A stretch of DNA of 64,000 bases from an uncultured Methanosarcinaceae archaeon (GCA_963733675.1 CAVTET010000003.1:224001-288000), one strand, 5' to 3'; counted from the first letter of the stretch, positions 48,287 through 59,967 are shown. Notes: generated from the sequence alone by a model not told the origin. Program-made: numbers and translations.

Positions 48287-49681
48287 ATGTTAGATAAAGA
48301 AAAGATGAGTACTATCCAGGAACGTCATAAAATAGGCAGGGCCCTGAGAGAACAGGTGCCCCGTAGCAACCATGGGATCTGGAAGCCTACACCTTCCAGA
48401 CCAGATCCAATCAGTCTGCTTCAGGAACATGACAAAAACCATCTGAAAAACCTTTTGCCAATTAAATATAGCCGTATGCTGGAATCACCCTTTGCCTTCA
48501 TGCGAGGTGCGGCTGTAGTAATGGCTGCTGACCTAGCTACAACACCAGTTATAGGGCTGCAAACACAAATATGTGGTGATGCACATCTGGTAAACTTCGG
48601 CGTCTTTGCTACGCCAGAGCGCAAACTGGTTTTCGATATTAACGATTTCGATGAGACCTATCCTGGGCCCTGGGAATGGGATCTCAAACGCCTAGCTACC
48701 AGTTCGGTGCTAACTGGAAGGGAAAAGGGGTTTGATAACGAGGTAAACCGGAAGCTAGCTATGGTTGTTAACAGAAGTTATCAGGAAGCAATAGTAAATT
48801 TTGCCCTGGCTCCCTTTTTGGATGTGTGGTATTACGACGTAGCGGTAGATGACGTCCTGGAGGCTTTTAAGAGATCCTCCCGGAAAGACAAAAAAAGTGC
48901 CCAAAAAGTGGTTAAAAAGGCACTCTATAGCACGCAAGAGCATACAATGGAAAAACTCACTGAGACAGTCGGTGGAAGGCGGCGGATCCGCAATGACCCG
49001 CCACTTCTGGTACGTTTAAGTGAGAGAGTGCCAGAGGAACAAGAAGCATGGATCACAGAACTGGATGCTGAAAAGCTGTTCAAAGAATACATAGCCAGCC
49101 TTCCAGAAGAAAAGCGCCAGCTAATGTCACATTTTCGGGTCTCAAGTGGAGCCTTGCGAATTGTAGGCATTGGTAGCGTTGGTACGCGCTGTCTGATCCT
49201 TCTCCTTGAAGGAGCTACAAAAGATGATGCACTGATATTGCAACTGAAAGAGGCTGGACCGTCGGTCTTGGAACCCTATGTCGTCAAGAAAGATTATGAC
49301 AACCAAGCTCAACGCGTGGTGGTTGGACAGAAGCTGATGCAGGCAGCCAGCGACATCTTTCTGGCAGGAATAAAGGATCAGATAACCGGAATACAATACT
49401 ATTGGCGGCAGTTTAAAGACATGAAAGGATCCTTTGACTTGGAGTCCCTGGACAAAGCTGGATTAGAAACCTATCTCAAGGTGTGCAGCTTGTGTCTGGC
49501 TAGGGCTCATGCCAGAACAGGGGACGCAGCCTGTATTTCGGGATATATTGGCAAAAGTGATGCTTTTTGTGAGGCCATCACTAACTTTGCTATGGCTTAT
49601 GCCGAACAGACGGAACGCGATTATCAGGCACTGAAGGAAGCAATAAAATCTGGCCGCATTGAAGCAAAAAAAGGCTTGTGA
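48287..49681 (+). CDS. DUF2252 family protein (kinase-like fold)
   Basis: RMLESPFAFMRGAA, CGDAHLVNFG, FDINDFDE, PWEWDLKRL, GIGSVGTR, LARAHAR. Confidence 0.9.
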   Translation: MLDKEKMSTIQERHKIGRALREQVPRSNHGIWKPTPSRPDPISLLQEHDKNHLKNLLPIKYSRMLESPFAFMRGAAVVMAADLATTPVIGLQTQICGDAHLVNFGVFATPERKLVFDINDFDETYPGPWEWDLKRLATSSVLTGREKGFDNEVNRKLAMVVNRSYQEAIVNFALAPFLDVWYYDVAVDDVLEAFKRSSRKDKKSAQKVVKKALYSTQEHTMEKLTETVGGRRRIRNDPPLLVRLSERVPEEQEAWITELDAEKLFKEYIASLPEEKRQLMSHFRVSSGALRIVGIGSVGTRCLILLLEGATKDDALILQLKEAGPSVLEPYVVKKDYDNQAQRVVVGQKLMQAASDIFLAGIKDQITGIQYYWRQFKDMKGSFDLESLDKAGLETYLKVCSLCLARAHARTGDAACISGYIGKSDAFCEAITNFAMAYAEQTERDYQALKEAIKSGRIEAKKGL

Positions 49682-50303
49682 TACCCTATTAATTCAGATA
49701 TCAATATATAAAGTGACCATCTAAATATATTATTGGTTTTAAGTTATTTGTAACATGATAAATGTATTAAAATGTTTTCGATAAATCCCTAGATTTCATG
49801 GTATCATCCTGGCTACTGAGATTGTAAATGATCACAAAGTGGGAAGAGTAATTATTCATCTACCAGCGGAGCTGTTTGCAAGGTTGTGACCTACTTTGCC
49901 TGGACGGGGTTCCTAAATGAAAAAAGAAACATTGGAAATTTAAAAGAAAATTATTCGAAAAACTTGGAGACCTGCAGAACCTTACCCTGAAAACAGCTAC
50001 CCTTATACGACTGCTGAAGCCCTTGATTATAGGAGGATGGAAAGTCGAATCTGAAAGTTAAGTTTCTGAAAACAGGTATCATGCTCTAAATTGAAGGATG
50101 GGGAGATGCAATTGATCCGGAAACGATGAACGAAAAATTTATCTCTTGCATCTTCTTGACGATACTAAGCTAGAATTCAGGCTAGTTTGACGAGATGATG
50201 ATTTTTTGATTTGAAAGTTCAAAAAGTACAAAATCAAAGTGTTTACTGGCATTTGTTTTATGGCGTAATTATATGTTGATTTAATTCTCTGGAGCGTAAT
50301 TCT

Positions 50304-51011
50304 ATGGGTTATCTTATGCTTGTCAGGCATGGAAAGTCCTATTTGAAGCCTGGTGACAGGATTGTTGGCTGGATGGATGTTCCTCTTAGCAGGAAAGGAA
50401 TTGAAGAAGCTCTTGATTGCTCAGTCAAACTTGAAAACATCGAATTTGATCTTGCTTTTGTCTCAAACCTTGTTCGGGCACAGGAAACTCTTTTCATCAT
50501 ATTATCCGGGCAGAAAAAAACAGGAATTCTTGTCCATGAAAAGACAAATGATGAAAGTGGGATAGGGAAAATTAAATGGCATTCCTTTCCCGAAAAACTC
50601 GACAAAAGCCTTATCCCTGTATACTCGACAGCTGCTTTAAATGAACGCTACTATGGAAAGCTCCAGGGCAAAATAAAACAGAAAATGAAGGAAAAATATG
50701 GAGCTGAAAAATTTACTTCCTGGGATTTAGACTTTGAGCCAGGTCTGCATGAAGGAGAAAGTCTCAAAGCTGTTTATGAGCGTGCAGTGCCCTATTTCAA
50801 GCATAAAATTCTGTCTGCAGTGAAAGAGGGGAAAAATGTGATAGTCTGCGCCCATCATAGCAGTTTGAGAGCTCTAGTCAAATATATAGAAGGTATTTCT
50901 GATAAGGATACCAGGGAAATCAACTTCGCCACAGGCGAGATTGCAGTATACTATTTTTCAAAAGGCAGGCTGGTAAAAGAAAACATTGAAATTGCCATGA
51001 AACAAAAATAA
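50304..51011 (+). CDS. gpmA: 2,3-bisphosphoglycerate-dependent phosphoglycerate mutase / histidine phosphatase
   Basis: LVRHG, GWMDVPLS, LNERYYGKLQG, GESLK, AH..SLRAL. Confidence 0.8.
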   Translation: MGYLMLVRHGKSYLKPGDRIVGWMDVPLSRKGIEEALDCSVKLENIEFDLAFVSNLVRAQETLFIILSGQKKTGILVHEKTNDESGIGKIKWHSFPEKLDKSLIPVYSTAALNERYYGKLQGKIKQKMKEKYGAEKFTSWDLDFEPGLHEGESLKAVYERAVPYFKHKILSAVKEGKNVIVCAHHSSLRALVKYIEGISDKDTREINFATGEIAVYYFSKGRLVKENIEIAMKQK

Positions 51012-51677
51012 ACCTCTAAGAGCTTGTCTTAAGATTAGGTCATTCTTGGTAAACGAATTGTTCATAATGTCGGAACAAAATACCTCAACCAGGACTTAAT
51101 TTTGCTTTTTTCAGAATAGACTTGAAGCTTACCTTAGTTTTCCGTTTTTTTAAATATCAAGCTAGAGCCTATCCAATCGAGTAGCAACATTTTAACTTTA
51201 TGATATACAGGTATTAGAATAAAATATCTACATTTTTTCAAATTCAAATAAAAAATGTTCTATCATTTCATATTAAATTGGTAACGAATAAATTTTACCA
51301 CAAAATTATGCATCACATAAAACAATAAAAAAGAAGCTTTACCAATATAGCAGATGTCTCTACATTTTGTTTTTCACAGACTAAAAATAATTATATGTTA
51401 ATTATAAACAAAATTTTACGTATTGATTCCAGAATAAATCACTTATTTAGTAAAATTCATTGATCATTCCATCTCTTAGGATACCCCTGCAGGATCAAAA
51501 GTCTACAAGACCTCGAAAATTCAGAATTAGAACATTTCTCAAATAAGAGCTTAGTTTAAAATTAAATCAACTTATAGAGTTGTATTATGAACAATCTTGA
51601 CTTTTAATGCAAATGTGAAGTTGTTCCAATATAATTCCCAGGACAATAAAACGATTTTACATTGTGGAGAGTAACAA

Positions 51678-53109
51678 ATGGAAAATTATGACCTGATTGT
51701 AATAGGCACCGGTTCGGCAATGAACTATATAAATCATATTATAGATTCGAATCCAGAAATAAAAATTGCTGTTATCGATAAAGACGAACCAGGTGGGATC
51801 TGTCTTACCAAGGGATGCATTCCTTCAAAAATTTTGCTCTATCCTGCGGAACTTATCAGGGAACTTGGAACAGCATCTCTTTTTGGAATAAAGGCTGAAA
51901 TAAGGGATATTGATTTCATTGCAATCATGGAAAGGGTACGAAGGATTACAAGAGAAAATATAGAAGCTGTCCGGCAGGGGATAACCGGAAGCCCGAATAT
52001 TGACTACTACCATGAAAGTGCAGAGTTTGCTTCTCCTTATACCCTAAAAGTAAGTGACAAAACACTTTACTCAAAAATGATTTTTCTATGCACTGGCTCA
52101 AAGCCTGCTATCCCGCCTGTTAAAGGGCTTGAAGCGGCTGGTTATCTTACAAGCGATACTGTTCTCCAGCTTAATGAATGTCCCCGAAATCTAGCGATTC
52201 TTGGAGGAAGTTTTATTGCAGCTGAGTACGGACATTTTTTCTCAGCTATGGGAGCAGAAGTCACTGTAATTGGAAGAAATTCCCTTTTTCTCCCGCAAGA
52301 AGAGCCAGAAATCTCCAAACTTGCTAGGTTGAAAATGTCGGAGTATATGAAGATCCTTACAAACTATGAGGCTATAGAAGTTAGAACAGAAGATAACAGG
52401 CAGAAGACCATAGTTGCAAAGGAAAAAAATTCAGGAGAAGAAGTAAAGATTACTGTGGATGAGATCCTCGTAGCAACTGGAAGAGTTCCGAATACCGACA
52501 TTCTTCATCTGGAAAGGGCTGAAATCAAAACAGAGGGGCAGGGCTGGATTCTGGTGAATGAATATCTCGAGACCATCTCAGCCAAATATCTGGGCTTTTG
52601 GCGACGCAACCGGGAGGCATCTGCTTAAGCACGTTGGAAACTATGAATCCAGGATAGTTTACCTGAATGCTATCATGAAAGAAAAAGTGAAGACAGACTA
52701 CCACGCTGTACCACACGCAGTATTTTCTTATCCTGAAATTGCCGGCGTAGGTATGGTAGAGAAGAAAGCTGTTGAAAAGTATGGGGAGGATAAGGTGAGC
52801 ATAGGCCTCAAATTTTTTGAAGATACTGCAAAGGGGACAGTTTTGGAAATCACGGACTACTTTGTAAAGTTAATTCTGAATGTAGAGGGAAAACAAATTC
52901 TCGGTGCCCATATTATAGGACCTCATGCCTCAGTCCTGATCCACCAGATAATTCCTCTCATGTATACTGAATCAAGAAGTACGGAACCAATAATGCGTGG
53001 TATGGATATTCACCCTTCCTTGAGTGAAGTTGTAACCCAAGCTTTCTATTCCCAGGTGCCACCGAAGCACTACCATCACTTCATGAAGCGTTTGGGACTT
53101 GAGGACTGA
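51678..53109 (+). pseudogene. Dihydrolipoamide dehydrogenase-like pyridine nucleotide-disulfide oxidoreductase, +1 frameshift near 52574
   Basis: GGICLTKGCIPSK, ATGR.PN, ETSQPNIWAFGD split across frames, HPSLSE. Confidence 0.85.
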
Positions 53110-53314
53110 AAAACTTTTGCTGGGGTAGCGGAGAAATTCTGTTGCTTGCAAAGCATAAAATAAGGAATATAAGAAAGGGAGTAGTAGGCAACTGGAAGAT
53201 GAAAAAACTAAAAAGAATGAAAATTTTCTGCTTGTGGAACCTCTCCAATCATACACTGGGGCAATCACAATGTTGATTTACTTTATGTCCAATAGTAGCA
53301 ATATGGTTACAATT

Positions 53315-53767
53315 ATGGAATCACAAGGGAAGAAGAAAATTCTCTTTCTGTGCACACATAACTCAGCTAGGTCCCAGATAGCTGAAGGGCTTTTAAGAGC
53401 TATTTATGGAGATAGATACGAGGCTTACAGTGCTGGAGTCGAGGCTACAACTGTTAATCCTCACGCTATTGTAGTCATGAAGGAAATAGGCATTGATATC
53501 TCCAGTCAGCATTCAAAAACTCCCCAAGAATTTCAAGATACCATATTTGACATAGCAGTCACGGTCTGCGATCTGGCTAAAGTAGCTTGTCCTATATGCA
53601 GCACGAATTTTGAGCTTCCGACCCAGTTTCCCAGAGCAAGAGAAGTAATTCACGAAAGTTTTGAGGACCCTGCCGCTGCAGTAGGATCGGAAGAAGAGAA
53701 ACTCAAGATCTTTCGGCGGGTTAGAGATGAGATAAAAGACTGGATCTCCCAGACATTCGGGAAATGA
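53315..53767 (+). CDS. arsC: Arsenate reductase (LMW-PTP type)
   Basis: FLCTHNSARSQIAEG, TVCD..CP, EDPA..FRRVRDEI. Confidence 0.9.
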   Translation: MESQGKKKILFLCTHNSARSQIAEGLLRAIYGDRYEAYSAGVEATTVNPHAIVVMKEIGIDISSQHSKTPQEFQDTIFDIAVTVCDLAKVACPICSTNFELPTQFPRAREVIHESFEDPAAAVGSEEEKLKIFRRVRDEIKDWISQTFGK

Positions 53768-53839
53768 CGCAAGTGCATTATTCCTGATTCTTTTTGATAG
53801 ATTTCATTATGCCAAAAGGACTTATTTTTGTACTTCTCT

Positions 53840-54905
53840 TTAGGCAACCTTATAACCTTTCGTAAAATATTTTTTTCTCCAGTAAAGTGCTACATTCACA
53901 AGTCCGATCATAACTGGTACTTCAATTAGAGGATCTACTACCGCTGCAAATGCTTCCCCAGAATTTATGCCAAAAACTGCGACTGCTACTCCAATAGCCA
54001 GTTCGAAGTTGTTACTTGCCGCGGTAAAAGCAAGAGATGTTGTTTGTGCGTAGTTAATACCCATTTTTTTGGAGATGAAAAAAGAGATTCCAAACATAAT
54101 TACAAAATAAATTAAGAGGGGAATTGCAATTCTTACAACATCTAGCGGCAGGGTAACAATATATTCACCTTTTAAAGAGAACATTACAATAATCGTAAAT
54201 AGTAGAGCATAAAGCGAAATTGGATCAGCACGAGGAATAAATTTGTTATCATACCATTCGACTCCTTTCGAAAGACGTAAGAAGTAAGTAGCGAGTTAAA
54301 AAGCCAGCAGCAAAGGGAATCCCTAGGTAGACACCGACACTTTGGGCTACCTCTCCAATAGAGACATTTATTTCCATACCACTAAGTCCCAACCATTCAG
54401 GCAGCACGGTTATAAAGAAATAAGCAAAAATGGAGTAGAAGACCAACTGAAAGATAGAATTAAAAGCAACCAGAGCAGCAACATACTCGTTGTCCCCATC
54501 TGCCAGAGTGTTCCAAACAATTACCATTGCGATACACCTAGCCAGGCCAATTAGAATGACACCTACCATATACTCCGGATAAGCTCTAAGAAATATAATC
54601 GCCAGGATGAACATTAAAATTGGACCAATTACCCAATTTTCTAGTAAGGATAATCCTAATACCTTGTGATTTTTGAACACCTGACCTAATTTCTCATATT
54701 TGACCCGTGCAAGGGGTGGATACATCATAACTATTAAACCAATGGCAATGGGAATAGATGTAGTGCCGATAGATAAATTTTTTAAAAAGCCTGCAAATCC
54801 TGGGTAGACGAAGCCTAGACCCACACCAATAAACATAGCTAGAAAAATCCACAAAGTTAAATAAAGATTTAGAAAAGATAATTTTGGTACAACGGAGTCT
54901 TCCAA
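53840..54905 (-). pseudogene. acr3: ACR3-family arsenite efflux transporter, frameshifted near 54275
   Basis: [35 protein letters not shown] split over two ORFs. Confidence 0.88.
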
Positions 54906-54947
54906 AACAAAGACCTTCTATTTGTGATTATAGCTGATTATCGATCT

Positions 54948-55286
54948 TCAATCGCAAGATGTACCACTTGCTTTGATTTTCTTCAGTAATTCTAAATCTT
55001 CTTTACATACGCTGACTTTTCCTATTTCGTCGTTGATGATGATTGAAAGGAAGGGAAATTTTTGAAAAATTGAACTACTGAGTCGATAATAGACCCACTG
55101 TGACTTTTTTGTAGAAACAATGATTCCTGCTTTTTTCAGCCTATTTAAGTGTCTGGAAGCATTGGACTGTTTAACGCCCAGGACTGATTCAATATCACAT
55201 CCACATAATTCACCGCTTCTTAAAAGATTAAGTATTCGTATTCTGTTTTCATCAGTCAACGCTTTAAAGATATAAACAATATCCAC
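54948..55286 (-). CDS. arsR: ArsR/SmtB metalloregulator
   Basis: FKALTDENRIRIL, ELCGCDI, QSNASRHL, WVYY; GTG start with GGTGA RBS. Confidence 0.9.
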   Translation of the reverse strand: MDIVYIFKALTDENRIRILNLLRSGELCGCDIESVLGVKQSNASRHLNRLKKAGIIVSTKKSQWVYYRLSSSIFQKFPFLSIIINDEIGKVSVCKEDLELLKKIKASGTSCD

Positions 55287-55302
55287 AGGTATCACCGAAA
55301 GT

Positions 55303-55340
55303 ATATGAGTATATGCAAGTATACTCACATTATATTTAAA
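55303..55340 (-). promoter_or_regulatory. Putative ArsR operator (11-6-11 inverted repeat) just downstream of a TATA box
   Basis: ATATGAGTATA-tgcaag-TATACTCACAT (1 mismatch); TTTAAATATA on the minus strand at 55331-55340. Confidence 0.65.
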
Positions 55341-55768
55341 AAATCTTTTTTGGCTCTTTAGAATCTCTCAATTTAGAGACTTTTAAAATACGGTATGATC
55401 ATATAATTACAGGGGCCAGCCGGAACCGTATCAAGCCATTAGACTTTTCCATCCCAAAATACAGAACTTTTGTGCAAAAACATCCACATAAATATAAACG
55501 ATAAATGATATTTTTATGGTAAAAAAGGACACAGCAGAAAACTCATCTTCGATAGCTTGAAAATACTTTAAGTATAGCTGTAAAATATAAACATATTTTC
55601 TTATAATTCATCTAAAGCATAATTTTCAACAAGTTAATTGACATATTAGCGCAGTGATTTAAACTTCACCATGGGCTTCTAATAAGCTCACAACGTTTCT
55701 GTTCATTTCCCGCTCCCTATATACTTTATTTACAACATGCCATTAATGACTTTTCGGCAAGCTCTTAT

Positions 55769-55848
55769 TGCAAGAGGTGCGATTCGAACGAACTCCTCGA
55801 TATCAGAAACTCAACTATCGCATTTGACCTGGTTGGGTAATTCCAGTG
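55769..55848 (-). pseudogene. Highly degenerate tRNA-Leu (GAG-like) remnant
   Basis: rc: ..TTACCCAACCAGGTCAAATGCG..TTGAG..GAGGAGTTCGTTCGAATCGCACCTCTTGCA. Confidence 0.5.
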
Positions 55849-55934
55849 TGTCGATATAGAAAGGAACCTTGAGAAATTTTTACAAAAAGAACTGCAGAGA
55901 TAGCTGAAAGCTTGAAGTCAACAGATCAAAATTT

Positions 55935-56019
55935 AGTGTGGGGTGGGATTCTAACCCACGAACTACTTCGAAGCCAGATCTTAAGTCTGGCGCATTTGAC
56001 CTAGCTCGATAACACTCGC
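55935..56019 (-). pseudogene. Pseudo-tRNA-Leu(TAA), decayed copy of 35197-35281
   Basis: Same anticodon arm CCAGACTTAAGATCTGG; T-loop mutated (GTTAGAA); broken acceptor stem. Confidence 0.85.
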
Positions 56020-56723
56020 ACATTGAAGGGTAAATTTTTATCTTTGCTTCTCTTATACTTTTTTGCTTTTTCTTCCTACTTAGTTCATTTAAACATATTT
56101 TTTAGTCCAATATGTTGTTCTATCAGAACTATATCTAAAAACGTAAGATTGTTTTTTTCAAGAACAATTTTGAGATTTTTTTATATTGCCCTTAAATCCT
56201 GTGTCCACAAGAATCCCTTTGCCGCCTAAGATTATCAGGTAAGATTTTGATGCTTCATATAAATAGCAATTATACTATAAGGATTGTCGCTCCTCAGCTT
56301 ATTACTCTTTGTGATAAAATTGCTTAGCCTATCTGTTTTGCTGGAATTCACTTGATATCTCCTTTTTTACTGAACTCTTTAAGGTCGGAAATTTTGTATT
56401 TTAGTAAACAACTACCATGACTACTTCTGAGAGTATCAATTAAGACTTTTACACTTGCTGAATTAGTGGTGACTTATAGATAGCAAGATGAAAGTTTCGA
56501 CTTACATCAAAGGAATGTAGAGCATTGTTTTATAATACTGTTATCGTTCCCTGCATTGATGGATGAATTGAGCAAAAGTAATTAACAATTCCTGGTTTTG
56601 CAAAAAAACGAATATTTGTAACCATGAAGTATTAGTCCTGAATCAAAGTTACCCCTATGAACTTGGTGTGCATATTCAAAATTTAATCCCTAATTGTACC
56701 ACCTGCCTTTTCTTGCAATAATC

Positions 56724-57722
56724 TCATGCCATCAGGCTCATTACCTCCTCTATCTTGGATACAAGGCGCTTTTCAGACTTCATATATATGTAAGCAGGAA
56801 GCCCAGATTTAGAGAAACTTTGAAAAAACTGCTTTGTAAGGCTATTAATTTTAGGAAATTTTCTAATCTTCTCGTTTGCAAAGAGCCTTATTGCTCTATC
56901 AAAACTCAATATGTTAGTAGTGAAGTTCACATCTTTTCGTAACTGCCTATCCATAGAAAAAACAAGCTCAATCCAGGAACTCAATTCTTTTGTCAAATGT
57001 CGCTTGGTTACTCCTTCAACTACAATATAGGATTTTCCTTTTTTGATGTTTTCAAAACATTCTTTAAAGGTATCCCCTTTTGCTAGTGTATAGACAGCTC
57101 CCATTCCTCCTGTATGACTGTCCGTAGTTGCAGCAATTCCTTTTCCATACCTCATCGCAAGTGCTTCAGTAATGAGGTTTTTCTCAGTCAGGTCCTGAAT
57201 GTTGTATTCGACAACCGGGAACTTCTGTAATAGCTCAGGTATAGCCCATAAATTTGGGTGATCTCCAGTAGCAAACCAGAATGGATGGTTATACATATAG
57301 GCCATGTTATGAGTTCTGAGATAACGAATAAAGCTTTTGAAGTCATGCTCCTGGCTTGCAATAGTCTCAAGATCTCCGAACTCTTCGGAATCAAGCTCAA
57401 AGACGTTAACGTGAACAGTGTGTCCTGTCCTTTCTGGATCTTTAATTGTAATCTCAACACCAGGAACCAGCCCTTCTCTATCCCAACCGAGCAGATCATA
57501 TGCTTTGATAGTATCATGATCTGTAAAAGTAACAAAATTGAGTTCTTGCTCCTTTGCTTTTTCAAAAAGAACCGCAGGTTGCATTGCCCAAACTGGAGGG
57601 ACATCGTAGGAACATGAAGAATGTACATGTAAATCCATTTTTTTCCACCCTTCATGACGAAGAGCTTCTGCAACCTCTGCGCTCACAGTTATTTTTGTAT
57701 TGTTTCCTGGTTCATCTCTCAT
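56724..57722 (-). CDS. PHP-domain metal-dependent phosphoesterase
   Basis: DLHVHS, TDHD, GVE, HVNV, NHP, TDSH. Confidence 0.85.
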   Translation of the reverse strand: MRDEPGNNTKITVSAEVAEALRHEGWKKMDLHVHSSCSYDVPPVWAMQPAVLFEKAKEQELNFVTFTDHDTIKAYDLLGWDREGLVPGVEITIKDPERTGHTVHVNVFELDSEEFGDLETIASQEHDFKSFIRYLRTHNMAYMYNHPFWFATGDHPNLWAIPELLQKFPVVEYNIQDLTEKNLITEALAMRYGKGIAATTDSHTGGMGAVYTLAKGDTFKECFENIKKGKSYIVVEGVTKRHLTKELSSWIELVFSMDRQLRKDVNFTTNILSFDRAIRLFANEKIRKFPKINSLTKQFFQSFSKSGLPAYIYMKSEKRLVSKIEEVMSLMA

Positions 57723-58383
57723 AAAACACTACCATTGTATACAGAAGTTCTTTGTAATCTAAGACTTCAAAAATTCTTATTCAATCTAAAGAATGAAGAA
57801 TTTATATATAGATATTTTGTAAGAAAATATATTTTCTCAAATTACACAAAATTTAGAAAAGTAAATTTATTTCTATGGAATATCTCAATACTAATTTTAA
57901 ATTAAAAAAGAACACCAAGGAATAAAGGAAGGAAATCGGGGAAAAGTGAAAATAAAGCATCAATAAGTTATTTAGTTGGTTTAGCCTGAAAGAATAAACA
58001 TGAGATGTAAATGAAAATGGAAAAATATAATTATCAAATGGAATAACAGTATTTAATATACTTATAAATAGAAAGAGGAAAATATATATATATATAAAAA
58101 GTGAGTATTATAGTTAGATTACATTTAGTAGTTTGGAACAAGAATAATACTACCAGACCAGAAAAGATATACGAACAAACCAGAAAAAGTGCGAACATCT
58201 CTAAAACCAAAATTCCACATTACTTTTTTATATAAATGAAACAGTGCCTCAAATCTCTTCTTTTCATTTTTTGAAAAATACAAAGTTTACTTCCTGTTGA
58301 TTCCCTGAAACAAATTTTTTAGGATATCGAGTAAATAGATAGCTGTAGAGAGAATAGAGAGCAGTAGAGGCTAAGATGAGAAG

Positions 58384-59517
58384 ATGAAACTTTTAATTCT
58401 TATATGCGGAGAAGGACTTGGGCACACGAGTCGCTGCCTTGCTTTGGGCAAAGAGTTTTTGGCTGCCGGGCACATGGTATATTTTGGAGCATATGGATAC
58501 TCAAAAGAGCTAGTTGAAAAAACAGGATATCAGGCATATGAGATCTCATCTGAAATAAAGCTAGTTGGAGATTTAGGGGTTTTTGATATAAAAAAGTCTA
58601 TTAAAGAGACCCTTAGGAATATTTATCCTTTAGGTTTCATAAAAATTTTAAGGTTTATTGAAGAATTCAAACCCGATGTCATACTTTCAGATGGCTATTA
58701 TATTGGAATTCTGGCTGCACAGGTTAAGAAGACACCTGTTTACTTTATTGGTAACCAGTTCAATATGGTGGAATTTTTTCAGAAGCAGGGTTTTCTTGTT
58801 GCAGGAGCAGGAAAGCTGACTAAACTTTTTTACAATTATATTTTTAGGAGCGTAAACGGTATAATAGTGCCTGACTATCCACTTCCTGATTCAATAAACA
58901 GGAAAAATTTTACACTTGATGGAAGTATTAATAATACCATGTTTTTTAGCGGTCCTCTTATTAGGTGGAAATATAGTGAAGTCGAATCAAAAACTTTCAA
59001 ACATCCAAATGTTCTGTCAACAATTGGGGCTTTCGGTTACAGAGCAGATATATTCAGAAGTGTGATTGAGGCTGCAAAACTGGACCACAATATCCATTAT
59101 ACATTTATTTCAGGCCCAGGAATAGATCCTAGAGAGTTCTCAAAAATCTCCGAAAATGTCGAGTTTATAGGCTTTACAGAAAACCCTTTTCCTTATTACA
59201 AAGGGTCTGACCTCGTAATTACTGCAGGAGGACATGGGACAATACTTGAAAGCCTTTCTTTCGGGCTCCCTGTACTGTCCTTTCCTGACGAAAAACACAT
59301 AGAACAAGAAAATAACGCAACTGTCCTCGAAGAAGAAGGATTAGGTAGGAAGATGAGCTTTCTTGCAGAACCTAAAGTTATTCTTGCCTGTATTCGAGAA
59401 TTTCTGGAAGAGGAAGAGTATTATAAAAATACAAGGAGACTGAGAGAAATTACAGAAGAACTCGACGGACCTGCATCTGTAAGACGGTTTCTTGAGGAAA
59501 GAATTAAGGTAAAATGA
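58384..59517 (+). CDS. Glycosyltransferase family 28 (MurG-like, GT-B)
   Basis: CGEGLGHTSR, KPDVILSD, SDLVITAGGHGTILE, EQENNA. Confidence 0.88.
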   Translation: MKLLILICGEGLGHTSRCLALGKEFLAAGHMVYFGAYGYSKELVEKTGYQAYEISSEIKLVGDLGVFDIKKSIKETLRNIYPLGFIKILRFIEEFKPDVILSDGYYIGILAAQVKKTPVYFIGNQFNMVEFFQKQGFLVAGAGKLTKLFYNYIFRSVNGIIVPDYPLPDSINRKNFTLDGSINNTMFFSGPLIRWKYSEVESKTFKHPNVLSTIGAFGYRADIFRSVIEAAKLDHNIHYTFISGPGIDPREFSKISENVEFIGFTENPFPYYKGSDLVITAGGHGTILESLSFGLPVLSFPDEKHIEQENNATVLEEEGLGRKMSFLAEPKVILACIREFLEEEEYYKNTRRLREITEELDGPASVRRFLEERIKVK

Positions 59518-59555
59518 GTGTAAAGAAAAGCTTGAAGAAGGACCTGAGGCAGAAA

Positions 59556-59966
59556 TTTCCTTGAGATCGCCGGTTATACCGTGAATCTTGGTGTTAAATC
59601 TGTAAGTGTAGCTACAAATGGTACTCTCATTGATCGTGAAAGCGCAAAGCAACTTAAGTTAAAAAATATTAATGTCCAGGTCAGTATCGATGGCGATGTT
59701 GCGAAAATACATGACTTAATAAGAGATGTGGAGGGTGCATTAAACCAAGCTGTATATGGCATAAAATTACTTCAAGAAGAAGGGAATGATGTATCTGTTT
59801 CTACCACAGTCAACAAATTAGTGTAGCGTTATAACTTCCAGCTGTTCTATAACCCCTGAAGTGAAAGTAGTTCCATGCACTCATATCTGGGGCATTAATG
59901 ATGAAAGCTTGCGAGAACATACGTTTCATGGATCTGGGAAAACTCTATTATTTTTAATTATTTAGA
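59556..59966 (+). pseudogene. Radical SAM/SPASM protein fragments
   Basis: FLEIAGY..VSVATNGTLID..VQVSIDG..HDLIR; then C...SSCSITPE.KVVPC..WIWENS (SPASM-like), cut by IS6. Confidence 0.7.
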
Positions 59967-59967
59967 G

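Noticed and set aside
51020-51570. AGAGC(C/T)T.. motifs resembling IS5-type ends
   Set aside because: All in the same orientation, with no inverted partner or transposase trace
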